Shown piece by piece: positions 63,239 to 64,000 of a DNA stretch of 64,000 bases. How positions within the stretch are numbered: the first letter of the stretch is position 1; each line of letters starts with the position of its first letter. Origin of the DNA: an uncultured bacterium. Its GTDB lineage: Bacteria > Planctomycetota > UBA1135 > GCA-002686595. The translations under genes and the position numbers were made by a program. The DNA lies in NCBI GenBank assembly GCA_943787795.1, contig CALSNU010000006.1, forward strand, positions 448,001 to 512,000. The letters run 5' to 3'. The notes below the pieces were generated by a model that made no database searches, was not told where the DNA came from, and worked only from the letters and a program-made list of their open reading frames with translations.

Positions 63239-63601
63239 ATGAACACGCTCCGCCTCACCTGCGTCGCCCTCGCTCTCCTCATGCTCCCCGCGTGCCTCGT
63301 CACGAGCGGCTCGAAGAAGGAGTCCACCGGAACCCATGTCAGCGCCGAGACCCTGACCCAGATCACCGAGGGGGAATCCGAATCCTTCGTCGTCGAGCTC
63401 CTCGGGGAGCCAAGTCGCCGGATCCAGAAGGCCGATGGCGCCGTGCTCCTCGCCTGGGACTGGGAGCGCACGGTCTCCCGCCAGGGGGCCGTCCTGCTCG
63501 TCTTCGCGGGCGGCAAGGAGGACAAGCAGCGGGCCACCACCTGGGTCCGCCTCGATGAAGATCAGGTGACCCGGGTCTGGCAGGACAACGCCGAGCAATA
63601 G
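63239..63601 (+). CDS. Small lipoprotein, SmpA/OmlA (BamE)-like domain
   Basis: Lipobox LPAC; LTQITEGESESFVVELLGEPS; C-terminal VRLDEDQVTRV. Confidence 0.7.
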   Translation: MNTLRLTCVALALLMLPACLVTSGSKKESTGTHVSAETLTQITEGESESFVVELLGEPSRRIQKADGAVLLAWDWERTVSRQGAVLLVFAGGKEDKQRATTWVRLDEDQVTRVWQDNAEQ

Positions 63602-63840
63602 GCCCCCGCGCGCCGGCGCCAGGGGATCCCTGGCGACGAAACTGCGGCGGCGGGGATACTGCGATGGGGCTGCGGTGACAGCCGGGCGGTGTACCCTCCG
63701 GGGCACTGACGAGACCTCGCCATCGCCCGCCGGACCCGATAGCCTCGCCCTCCCCGCGCCGCTCCGCCCAACGACGGCCTCCTGCGTGGAGGTCCGCTCC
63801 GGTCCCCAGCGGCCGGCCCCTCCCTGGGCCCGCCCGCAAG

Positions 63841-64000
63841 ATGCCCTCCCCAGCCCAACGAAGCACGCTGAAGCGCATCGCGCTCCTCGCAGCCCTCCTG
63901 TCGACGTTGGCCGCCGTCAGCCTCGGCGTGTTGGTGCTCCGCTGGAAGCGCGACATCGCGAGGGAGCTCGACGCGATCGTGGCCTCGGGCGCTCCGTTGA
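63841..64000 (+). CDS. N-terminus of a membrane-anchored hypothetical protein (runs off the window)
   Basis: MPSPAQRSTLKRIALLAALLSTLAAVSLGVLVLRWKRD..., open to the edge. Confidence 0.55.
   Translation, partial: MPSPAQRSTLKRIALLAALLSTLAAVSLGVLVLRWKRDIARELDAIVASGAPL

Overview
This 64-kb, very GC-rich bacterial window is mostly core chromosome. The gene content suggests a Planctomycetota-like organism, but that is inference only. From left to right it carries two glycosyltransferases, an Fe-S PD-(D/E)XK nuclease, a prkA-DUF444-spoVR module, and a long minus-strand run (nadD, wecA-like, metallophosphoesterase, yidC, mnmE, nrdR, nrdD-like, smc). It continues with miaA, a ubiE-CPBP-ubiX-ubiA-holA-mutL operon, a 1073-aa surface lipoprotein, ruvB-spoIID-tgt, panD, larC, comF, fpr, an ABC transporter, a PPTase, a sulfatase, a VanZ protein, a sterol desaturase-family protein and a hydrolase. 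I found no rRNA, tRNA, CRISPR array or mobile element. The most unusual features are: (1) an apparently catalytically dead class III ribonucleotide reductase (NrdD) homologue with two ATP-cones, placed between nrdR and smc; (2) a multi-pass VanZ membrane protein ending in two ribbon-helix-helix-like domains; (3) a Tgt lacking its three zinc-binding cysteines; (4) a 57-aa four-cysteine protein absent from the ORF track; (5) many unrelated 9-17 bp tandem duplications in and between genes, one of them a 16-bp repeat inside a DUF1345-like gene; and (6) three apparent frameshifts, two in homopolymer runs, which may be assembly errors. All family calls come from motif recognition by eye, not from database searches.
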